From the NCBI RefSeq assembly GCF_037042905.1, contig NC_087246.1, forward strand, positions 2,916,001 through 2,980,000: DNA of 64,000 nt, given 5' to 3'. The stretch comes from Lytechinus pictus. Its lineage: Eukaryota. Every line of letters starts with the position of its first letter. The first letter of the stretch is position 1. The position numbers and the translations under genes were made by a program. The notes beneath the pieces are model-generated. The model was given only the letters and a program-made list of their open reading frames with translations, searched no databases and had not been told where the DNA came from. Positions 14,401 to 26,400 of this stretch are shown here, piece by piece.

Positions 14401-17400
14401 GTATTATTTACAATTTGAACTGCAACACAATACAGAGGAATCTGGTTTACCTATTGAGCATTGGGGTTGGTTGGCCTGATTCGTTGAGATGCATTATTAT
14501 TGTTATTGTTAAATTTGCTCTGTATCATCTTAAAAAATACCAGTGCTGTTTGCAAAGATATAGAAGGCCACATTCTTTTGAGTAAATACTAATTTTGAAA
14601 AGTTTAAAAGAATTTTTTTTTATAATACAGGCATTGCAAGAGAGGAAACTCTCCAGTTTCAGGTTTTCTGTCTTTTGAAAAAATGTTTCTTGCAAGACTT
14701 ATATCTCTCCTTATTCAAAATTCTGATATCTCTCACATTAACAGGAAGATTTATTATTTCAGTTTTGCTGACAGTTTGATTCAGCTTTTATTTATTTATT
14801 TATTTATTTATTATTTATTCGGCACTTCAAACATATTTAAGATTTACAAAGCAATATCAAACATTACATAAAATGACATAAAAATTATACAGGTACGTGC
14901 AATATTTGATAGCAGTTTGCCCAGTGCATCAGTTGGTGGCCAGGAAAGAGGAGAGCAAACTCAATCACTGTGACCTAATGGTCCCTCCGCCCAACCAACC
15001 GATGCACTGGAAATACTGGTAAAATTTGCATGAAAATAATCGAATCAGAAAATGAACAGGGATTATCAAATTGAAAATGATTGCACTAAATGCTCCTTAT
15101 AATCTTTGACAGGACGATACGTTCAGAGTTTCCAGAAGAACTTCCAGGATGCCCTTGGAGATGCAGGAACTGCTGCAGAGGAGGCCCTGTCCAGTATCAG
15201 GACTGTGCGGTCCTTCATTGGAGAACCCAAGGCCATTCAAAGCTATGAGAAAGAGATTGACAAGAGCTACTTCTTTGGAAAGCGTATCTCTGCAGCCAAT
15301 GGTGTCTTCAATGGAATTGTTGGTCTGGTCATGCAGGTAGGGGACAGAGGAAACCAGATAATTGTTGGTTCCTAGTTCTGTGAATTGTATATTGTGCTTT
15401 CTATAATTATGTTGAATTTGTTTTTATGGAACGACTTAGTTTGTAGCCCATAATTTGATAGATGTATAATGAGAATTTTATCCTACTCAAGCATCTTTGC
15501 CCGAATTAACTCTGGGGCATTGACCCGTATACCCTCTGTGTGTTGCACTATTTTAGCAGTGAACCTTTGTACGTGGTATAATTTCCTATTTTATATGGAG
15601 GGCAAGGACTTTTATCTGAATATATTAAAAGGAAATTTTGTGTAGCAAAGTTGTAGTGTTTCATGGACTTTTTTCGTGTCATAAATAAATTTATTGCATA
15701 ACTAATGTAATCTGGGAAATGTAATAAAGAACAGTATATTATGTTTTATTAACTATTTCTTCTTACATTTCCAATATAAGTATAATCCTTTATTTTGCTT
15801 CTCAGTGGCATGATTGTTTTTGTTTTTGTTTAATTAGCCCGGACAGTTCAATATACAAGTTATCTATTGATATGAAAATCATGATAATCTGATCAAAGTA
15901 TATCTGATAAAAGAACTTATTTCATGTATAGGTTTTATGAGTCATAATCCCTAACAATGAACTTGACCATGGTATTGTTTGTGAAGAGGGATTTATTGAT
16001 TTTCTCCTCTCTTTTTTCAATGACTTCCTGGGTCTGGTGGAGGATGTATTGATTGTTTACTTGTAAAGAAGGCACAATAACTCTCCTTTAAGTGGTTTTG
16101 AAAGAGAATGTTTCCAATACAAAACATGCTTTAACTATATAGAGAGTCTTTGTTTGTATTCATTTGGTTTAGAATGTTAGGATGTTGTATTTCATATTAT
16201 CTTCTTCTTCCAGGGAGCTATAGCACTTGTGCTTTGGTACGGTGGCAAGTTGGTTCATTTGAATCAAACAGACCAGACACAGGGAATCTCTGTTGGACAA
16301 CTCACATGTTAGTATATTGTTTCAAAATATGACCCATCTTCTGAATTATGGCTTAACTAACTTAGTGTAGATCAGGGGAGTGGTTCATTTAGAGATTTGT
16401 CAGTGATTTTCACAGATATGTGTTATAAGCTACTGTAAATCCCTGCATCTGATTGGCTAATTCATCAGTTAAAACCACTGAGAAATATTTAATGAAACAT
16501 TGCCTTGAACTTCAAGGAGCTGTAGCCCACAATGAATTTTGTACCATGTGCATTAAATTAGTCTTGATACATTTAAGATTTCTTAAATTAAGTGGTAAAA
16601 TTCTGTAATCTTTTTAAAAGAAATATGGTCATTAGATTTCTATTGGAAAAAAGGAAATATTGGTAGCATCTTTAGGCGTGTTGTCAAAAGTGTGCGTGCG
16701 TCTTTACCTTTATAATCTACGGCGAACCCGCTGAGCGTGCCATTGTCCATTTTTCTTTCCTACGGGTCAGTGCTCTTGCCATTCAAGACGCCAGCGTGCC
16801 CTTTTGCAGCGAAAACGGACGCGGCTCTTTTATCTTTTACAGTGACACCTCGATGAATCCTCTCAAGCAACTATCCGATTTGTTGTTTTTGCATGAGCGC
16901 CCTCTATGTTGACAATGCGAGGATCCATGCAAAGGCCGATAATAGTTCAGTGGCGTGTACGTTTAATTGTTATATTTTCCAAAAGCTACGCTTCTACAAA
17001 TGTTTATACTTCCTGCTTTCAGGCTTCAGTAGTAACAAGTTCAACTAGATTTAGATTGTTTTGATAGATTAATTGAGCTTAATAGCATGAACATGTTGTT
17101 TTAGTTTCAAGAATAGACCGTGTTGACCGTCTAAAACTTAACCCTAAAAGGACTGGGGGAGCATGATGCCCCCCTTCGACACTTCGCACGATATTTCTGA
17201 AACGCAAACAGATAGCCCCGCAAAATTTTATGACCTTTTTTTGAAGTCTCGCGCAACTTTTGAGACCGAATTTGTGACATACGGGTATAAGCATCGCGAC
17301 GTCACTTGACTTTTTACGAGACAATGTCATGCCGAAAATGGCTCATTTTCATAATTTGTGTACAAAGTCTATGGGAGATGAAATATAATTATAAAAGGGT

Positions 17401-20400
17401 GAATATTTGTCGTTCTAATTGGTCTGCTTGATTAATTTAGGGTTTAATATAAATAAGGTTACAAATATGAGATCAGAAAAAAAGAAGAAACTTTGAAGTG
17501 AAATTGGGTGTAAAATATGCAAATAATGCTTTTCATGAATAAATTTGCATATCTTATTCATAATAAATAAAAAATAATTATTTTCAGAATTTTTTAATAC
17601 TATCTTGTAGTTTATATGGCAAGGAATGTGCGTACCAAATTTCGGCGCGATCGTGTGAACAGCGGCCGATATGAGAAGGGGGGGGGCATCATCCCCCCAG
17701 TCCTAAATACATCTCAAATAGCCCAGTCCTTTAAGGGTTAATGTTCAGGCGCGGGTAAGATTTTTTTTTTAAATCACACTGAGCCCGATCTTTTTTTCAT
17801 CTTTTTTCATACAAAAACCCTGATAGACATGTGGTTAAATAAGCATTAACTGGATTCATGCTTTCGGCAAAATAACCTTTGTTCATGTTCATCGCGAGTA
17901 AGAACATTTAACTGTTCAGTGTTGGCATCACAGCGATGAAGGGGGGGGGGCGGGCGGAATTTTTTTATCCACAAAAGGCATGACCCGCGATCAGCCGCTC
18001 AAATCTGATTTTTTGTTTTGTTTGAAGGGGTAGTCCTATTGTCAATTCTAAGCTTTATTCTTATAAATCAAAATAAATCTAACATAGTCTCATAAGCCTT
18101 TTTTAAATAGTGCGAGCGCGAGGCGCGAGATATTTCTTAAATTATTATTTCATGTATTTTGTCCTAAAGTGGCATTCTGGCAATGTTTGTCATCCTAAAC
18201 GAGATGAATAAAATGAGTTTTGATCATTCTGATAAAAAGGGAACTGTTAACGGCTGCTTGTAATATCCGTAAGTGAAAACGTTACATATTTCAACAAGTT
18301 AATAATGTGAGCGCGAAGCGTGAGCTGAAAATCTTGACATTTCTACCTGAAGAATGAAAATTCTAAGCAATTTTTGTAATCATGAAAAATATAGTTATAC
18401 AAATAAGCAACTGATGCGAAGCGGAAGCGGAAAATTCGAGATTTGTATGAAAATTGTGAGTGGATATGGATCACAGTTAAAAAAAGAGCTGATATGTTTG
18501 AATATTATTACCTTAAGTTTTGACATATGACCGAGACATTCCGCTTTAACTGCAGTGCATGGTATCATGCATCCAGAAATTGAATTAGGCGATGAATTCA
18601 AAACGTACGTATATAGCCGGGATGGCATGCAGTTCGGATGATACAGCACTCTAAAATTAGAATAATCTCGTATTACAAACATGACAAATTTCAATTTTTG
18701 CGAAAATGCACACAAACTCAAATTAAACTTGATAAACTCTGGGGGATGATGACGTTGATATAAAAATCGCATCGACCTCGGTATGCAATCATGATTGATA
18801 CTGCATCGGACTTGGCAACCAGCAAAAACTTTTCCATAATTAGATAAAGGCCATCCATTCTCCCTCTTCTTAATTTTGTTTGAAAACTGAAATATAATCT
18901 ATGTATTTCAGGATCATGATATAAAAATCCTTTTATAACAAACATGATAAAGGAAAAATGTGTCTCATGTTATACATGGTTCATTATACCGCAAAATATA
19001 CCAATCATCTTCATTTGTTATAATTTGATCATCAACATTTTCACTTATATTATTATTCGTATTATCATGTCCGTTAATATCACTTCATTGTTATTATTAT
19101 CATTATCATCATCACTGTTATTATCATTATCATCATCATTCATTATCTATTTCCAATCGTTCTCCAATGTCAATTTTATATTTTCTATAATTATAAATAT
19201 ATGAAAGGTAATAGTAATGATTATGGTGATGCTGGTAATCATGAACATTAGACCCGTTTTGTCAGGTATTTTATGCGATTTTACGTGCTAATTGCTACTC
19301 GATGGTGGTGAAAGAAATCTTTTAAATAGCACAAAAGAAGTCGGGACGGTAGTTACTGTATATACGCACTTTAATACACTATAGTACAAAAGATTCCCCA
19401 TCGGACCGGCCAACGGTCTTTTGAAGTAAGTTAATCTATTGAAATTACGACTATAATCACGACAGCGGATATGGGGAACTAAAGTCTGTGCGCGTCTCTC
19501 CCATTGTTCTCTGTGGCGAACGCGCTGAGCATGCCATTGTCAATGATTCTCTACTATACGGGTCAGTGATCTTGCTTTTTCATGATCATAGGCCTGGGCA
19601 ATGACTTAGAACAGTTCGATGAGTATAATGCCCAGCAATTAATCCTGAAAGGAAAATAATGTTCAATTCTCTTGATGGAGAAGACTATATCATGGCCCTA
19701 TTTGCTTTTGCCGTTAGGCCATTAAGTGTACAAACTAATATAAATAATAAATATATAATAATTACATTTCATCTATTTTAGAGTAATGATCTAATTTTAA
19801 TATTATTCTACATAATTATCTCCCTGCAGCTTACGGCCCCATATCTTCACCCGTGAAGTATTGAATTTTTAAGCTTGAATTATTGAACATCATGGCATCC
19901 TAAATAGTATTGCAATGATGTTTACCATCACTGCAATATAGATAAAAACAAAGTTAATTCTACTCACATTGATTTTACTTTAGAACAAATTCACACCCCC
20001 CTTCCCGCTACAACCTTTCTCTCATTTTTATTATTTCCTTACCAAAATGATCCTAATTTCAATAACTACGATAATGACATAGATGATTTGCTGTTGACTT
20101 GACTATAATGATCCTGCTGATGATAGTGATGATAATTAACACTGATGATGGTGGTGGCGGTGGTAGTGAATGTGGCAGCCTTGATGATTATAATAAATGA
20201 AAATACTGAAAGTTACGAAAGTCACACATTCAATGAATAATACCAAGAAACATAATTTTTGATGATATAAAATTCACACACAATGTATGCTTCTTGTAGG
20301 CCTCCTATTTAATCTATTCTTATTACAAAAAACTGCAGTGTATCCGCTCATATTCCTTCTTTATGGTTTAAAGCTTTTAAGTTTATAATTATATTGGTAA

Positions 20401-23400
20401 ATCCCGGTCAGAAAAGTTCATGTCACCATTCCATTCCCTATTACTGTATTATATAAGCATGGCCCTAAATGATTGTGATGTGATAGGTATGAAATCAAAT
20501 GTGTTTTATTGGAAAATTTAGCCCTTTTCATTTTTTTTCCCAGCGATTTGGCGACCGACCAAAATGTCTGCGTATTTTTTTCTTGTAAACCATCTATCGG
20601 GACAGACTTCACGATCTGGGTCTGAATAACATTACAACATATACTTCGTTTGGTGCTCAAAAGATTATTTCTAAAATAGAACATCATCGAGAAATGGTGC
20701 TTGATTCGTGACATCTAAAAAAATCCGATGATCACTGCACTTTTGTAAACAATTTAGAATGCTTGTTGATACTCGACAAAATTCTAAAGACAAAATTACG
20801 TATCATTTATCAAAGTTAATCGAAGAGTTTTAACATGACAATTAGAACAATGAATTAAACACTATACCCATGCAGAGAACGATCGAGATGAGAAAAAAAA
20901 CTCGATCAGATGATGTAATATACTGATAAGCAAAGCTTGCTGATAAAACATTATTTTGACAATTTTAAACAAGATTAAAGACGGCACCGCCAGTGTTTTC
21001 AAAAGTATTGGGGCTAATGGGGGCAAAGAAAATTTTTGGGGTGGGGTGACAAAAATGGATTTAGGAAGAAATTATGAGCGTCAAAAAATTGGAAAAGATT
21101 GAGTAATTTGAAATAATCCCTCTTCAGGAAAGGGAATTCATTGAGTGGTATAAAATGCCAATCTTGGGCGGATCAGATTTTATATCAAAATAATTTAGCC
21201 TTATTAATAATCTTTAACTCGCAAAACAGAGTAGAAAACATGTGCATATGCAGAAAAAACATTCCTTTCTGCAAGTAATGTTTGATCTCTGAATTTTTCA
21301 AAATTATTCTGAAACCTTAACCTGCTCTAATTAATCAGATTTTTCTTAGATTAGAAAACTCCATCACGAAGGGAAAAATGTCATAATGGAAAGGCCGAGG
21401 TGATGTACAAGGAAAGGACAGAAACATCTGTGTTTTATCGTTATTATTTTTATTTTGTTATTTTATTTATTTATTTATTTATTTATTTTCAGAAAGGGGC
21501 ATTCATTGAGTAGTATAAAAATGTAAATTAATATAAAAAGTTGTGTAAAGTTTTAAGTATCCGGTTTATATATTATTATAGTGAAATAAATTAAATATTA
21601 TATGTATGCATTAATTCATAATCGATAGTCTACGTGTATGATCAATATTAGGTCTAATAAAAACAAAGTAGAAAAGTTCCATGTTTATATTCCAACGTAA
21701 TTTATTTGATCTGATCTATACCTGAATCGAAAGAAGATAGAGCATCGTCGAATATTTGTATAGCACCCTGTATTAATATATAGGCCCTATATATTTATAT
21801 ACTACCTATTCTATTGTACAAAATCAGTTCCAGAAGGAACATTAAATATAGAAAATATTATCACCCCCACTACGTTTTGTTTTTACTTGCATTATACTTC
21901 TAAGTAGTAAAAATGAATTTTGTATCGCTTGCTTCTGCATCTATCGATCATGGGGATCAACGGTATACTGGTCCGGTCGCGTGCTACCCTCGGCATCACA
22001 CTTATTGTTCTTTAAGGATTATTATAAACGCACGATCCTGATTGGTTTATTCAGCTCATTTATCGATTAGCAGGTATAGCATCCGGGAAGATTTATGCAA
22101 ATTACCCAAGAAAGCGATCCTCCCTGAAACGTTTAAATACCGCCGTATTTTATGGGCTTTCTCATATCCACTTGATGATCAGTCATGGACAACTCAACCA
22201 ACGAAGCGAATTCTACAAGCGACGATCTGCACTTGATGCTATCAGAGTCGGAAGAAGAAGAACACTGGGATGACGACGACATCGCCGCAACTTCCAGCCA
22301 GGTTGGCGATAGAGATGCACGAATTGCTGCCATTGAAGAAAGGATGGTCCGAATGGAGAATCTCCTCCTTGAGCTTCATGCAGTTGTTATGAGTCGGTCT
22401 CGCCCACAACAACGGACGGCACCCCTCTTCGAAGATGTGGAAGAAGATGAGACTCTGGTAAAGATCGGAAACTGCGAGCATTCGGTGATGGTCGACAAGC
22501 AGCGATTCCAGCGGGCTGTCTCTCTCGCTACAACAGGTCGACAGTTGCTCCTCAAGTTAATGGGCATGGTATTCAACCCCGGAGAACTCGCCACCTTCAG
22601 CTTCAACGGAGATCGCAATGCCTTTCCAGAGCTTGCACCACTGGTCTCCGATAACCGCTTTCAGGCTATTCGCGGCCAGGTCGCAAAATAATATCCAGGA
22701 TTCGACTCGCCAAAGAATCTGCGACGTATGAGAGAGGCCGTCAACGGCAAATGCCGGAAAGTGCGTATGAGGAGGAGAAACTCTTCCTCTTCATCCTCAT
22801 CTTCATCTTGAAGATTGAGTATAAACCGAACGGCCCTTTTCAGGGCCACCAAAACTCCAAGAAAGAATACAATGTACTTATGTAGTACACTTATGAATAA
22901 CAATAAAAACAAAACCCCAACCCCTTAATTTCACTACATGTCTTTTCAATCTTTTCTTTCTAGTTTATTTTACACTTTCCCTTTTCATAAAATCATAGCG
23001 GTTGCATATAAAGAGTTTATTTGCAAGGGGTTAGGACAATTTGTCATTAAATTTTGTTACCTAGCTCTAGATGATACCAATGAAAATTTGAAACTCTTTA
23101 TATGAAAATAACAATTTAATCATATAAAATAATTCCAAAAGTGAGTAAAAATCGATTTATTAGTCAACTGATTTTCTTCTGTATTAAGAAATTTAAAAAA
23201 AAAATCAAAGATAATACTGTTTGTAAAAAATCAATACACGATAACAAATTAAGATAAACATGACAAAGAGGTCAGATTTGTATGGCTGATGTAATAATGA
23301 ATACATTTTATTATTTACTTATCTATTACGAACTCATTATAGAGCACTCAGCCCGGCTTTAGATTCGAAAAATAAACATCATCGTCTGCATGTAGGGTTC

Positions 23401-26400
23401 TACTTTTTTTTCTTTTTCTGGGGGGGGGGGGGGGTCATGTGTTAACAACTGTCGTCTTGAGTCGACATCATGGCCAGGGCAGCACACAACTCACTTCGCT
23501 TTTGTGTATATTTTGGGTATTCAGCATTTAAAAAATAGTAATAACGCGAATAAGCCCACAACGAAGCGTGTCTGCTATAAAGAGAAATAATAATAAAAAA
23601 CCGGGCTCTGCGCTTCTCTATCAACACCATACCCTAACCTTTAGGAAAGTGTAAACAAGTTGAAAAATATAATGTGACCGTGGCATGATGCGCACAACAT
23701 TGTATAGACATACATGTATATATAAAAAGAAAAAAAAAAGCTTTCTCGTGGCAACATGACAATCAAACGACCCCTTTGATGCTTATTTCAATTCCCCGCA
23801 AGCCGGATGTTGAAAATGACCCAGGCCAGCGCGCTGATGTACTCAGCTGACCCCATTGTCAAGATTTTAATAGGGAGAATACCCTATATTGTTCATGGGA
23901 GAAATGCTAACGAAGATAATACTTATAATAGAGAAATCAAGTAAATTCAGTAAATAAAATCATATCCTACACTTTTCCTTTGCTTTTCTTTCCTCCGTTT
24001 TTTGTTCTTATTTATAGAACTTTTGGGAGTCATGGCCCCATCCTTCCATACACAGTGCTGAGCGGTTGGGGTCCGGGGCGGAGCCCCCGAAACTTCTTGA
24101 TATCAAAGTCATTTAAACCTCGCAGATTGCCGCTATTTTAATAAATGTTGTATGCAGTCCATCTTTTTTCCGCTCTTTAATTTCAATTATCGGTAGCCCG
24201 GTCGTTTTTTTTTTCTTGTCCTTTTTCTTCGTTTTCCAATTAAGCTTTTTATTAATTAAATTTTACCTTCGTTTCCCGCTATTGTTACCATTTTGTCATC
24301 TTTTAATTTATTTCCCACCGTGCTTTTGCATTACATCGGCCTAGTTCGGAATGATTTGTTCAAATGTTCTTCTTTCGTACATTTTCCCGCTTTCCTTCCT
24401 TTTCCATTAAAAATGTTTTTTTCTTCGTTTTCTTTTCCCTTTCCCTTTCCTTTTCCTCCTTTCCTTCCCCTTTCTTTCTACCTCCCTTTTTTCTTTTTCC
24501 CGTTTTTCTTTTATTTTCCCGGTGAAATCCGCCAGGGGGGAGGGGGGCAACTTGCCCCCCCCCCGCCTGTTACGCTACTGGCTACGGCATGGTCTTCTGA
24601 TTCATGTTAAATTAAATCGACGGGTTGGTTCCCCCACAGTCATTCCAATCGGGCGGAACGGGTAATTATCATAGGTCCAAGAACTCATGGGCAATGACAG
24701 AGCTAGGGAAGCGATCTGCAGATGTAAGAGGGTTTCCTGTTTGCAATTCTCCCACTCCATTTTTGTCACTTGTATTTCTTATTAATCTTTTTACCTCCTC
24801 ATTTCTTTATCCCTTCCCCTTGTCATGTTTCCTTGCATTAATTCTTCTTCCTTTTATCTTTGAATCTTTAATCCATTTTTTCCGTCGCCGCAAATAGGAG
24901 CCCGCTTCAACCCCTATAATCATGTTGCTTTTGTTATCTTTCCTATCCTGATAATTACTGATGTGGTATAAGTGCTTTAGGTTCCTACATTAGCAATTCG
25001 ATAACTATATTTCTTCGGTACACTATTTTCCATTTCTCTTTCTCATGTTTTTCTTAAATCTTAGTATAGTTATTTTTTTTTCTTCTCTCAATTTCCTTTG
25101 ACTCATTTTCCTTTTTTATTCACTTTTTTGCTCTGTATATCTTTTCATGAAATATTGCTAGAAGGGGTTCGCAATCAGATTAAAGTTGCGGCCAATTTAA
25201 CTCCGAGCTTTTAGGCTTCATTTTTCTTCATTCTCTTCTTGTTAGCTGAATGAATAAAGAACCGTTTCAGCATGGCCACTCCATGTCTAATTTCCCTCTG
25301 TTCCCCTTTCACTCTCTCCCTTCCCCCCTTTATTTCTCCCCCATCGTCCACCAGCTCTCTCTACTTCTTTCCCCTTATTTTCTGTCTCTATCCATTTCAA
25401 TATTATTTTGTCCCCCCTCTCCCGTTGATTCTCGATCCTAAATTTCTTCCCCTCTCAAATTTCCTTTTTTTTTCTCTTTCAACTGTTTTCCTTCCTATTT
25501 TTGTTGACCCTTCCTCTTCTTCCATCCCAATATTATTTTCCTATTTCTCTCTGTTTCCCCTTCCTTTTCTTTCCCTATGACTTGTTAGTTTTCTTCTTCA
25601 TCTTTTCACCTTCCCTTTTGGTCCCGCTTCTTTAAAACAAGGAGATAAAGAAATTATCCCGGGGAAATGGTTGCCCGTCCAAAAATTGAACAAACTATTA
25701 ACAACAGTTTCTAATAAATCTTTGATATATCTATGCGTAATAGTGTCAAGCTGTTCCGGTCATATTTATTTTATCATTCTATTTCCTTCTGTCTTTTTTT
25801 TTGTTTGTTTTTGTTTGGGGGGAGGGGGGGGCTCCCGACATTTGTTTCAGATGCGAGTTATAATGAACATTACAAATTGACGTGAATTCTACGAATGGCT
25901 TGGGCCTACGAAACGAAAATGTGTGAAATCTTATTTTCCCACCTAAAACATCATGAATTGACTTTCTTCCAATTGCAAAAAAAAAGAGGTTTTCATGGTT
26001 ATTGCAGCAAATTCGAAAGATCCATAACGATTTATGAAACGTGCGTGATTTTTTATTAAGCTACCGTGGCTTTATAAATGCACCCGAACTTCCATTACAG
26101 ACATGATAGATGCGAACCACAGTTCAGAACAGTGACCCGAACTCTCCGATCCGACAGTCAATATGAAGGCACGCATTTGTTTTGGTCGTAGAGGGAGCTA
26201 TTTAGAATAGATTCTTCGATATTTCGACAGAAATTAAGACTTGCAGGAAAGACGAACAAAAGAACGGTGGCATCAATGGGCCTTTGATGGCGGCCGTTCC
26301 TTTGAAGAGAAGGGAACGTTGGGCAGGAAAGCCGAAGCGAAAACCCGGATGCAGTAAAGACGGTATAGAACGGTGCATGGACTTTTGACAAGCTCCCTTA

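Larger units (their letters stand above)
16675..26397. mobile_element. ~9.7-kb non-autonomous TIR element (PIF/Harbinger-like TSD) carrying the BEN-like gene
   Basis: TTA|GGCGTGTTGTCAAAAGT ... ACTTTTGACAAGCTCCC|TTA (13/17 TIR match, 11-bp perfect core); inverted subterminal motifs; CpG-richer ends than the flanking intron. Confidence 0.65.

Noticed and set aside
18400..20960. Possible transposase remnants within the 9.7-kb element
   Set aside because: Only short open frames, with no recognisable DDE or Myb/SANT motifs by eye; a translated HMM search is needed to exclude them.
23780..23870. Possible hammerhead/HDV-like ribozyme (CTGATG...) inside the 9.7-kb element
   Set aside because: It lacks the CTGANGA...GAAA core with proper stems, and I could not build the fold.
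24293..25580. Phe/Leu/Pro-rich ORFs
   Set aside because: These are translations of pyrimidine-rich low-complexity DNA; the same applies to 7055-7320.
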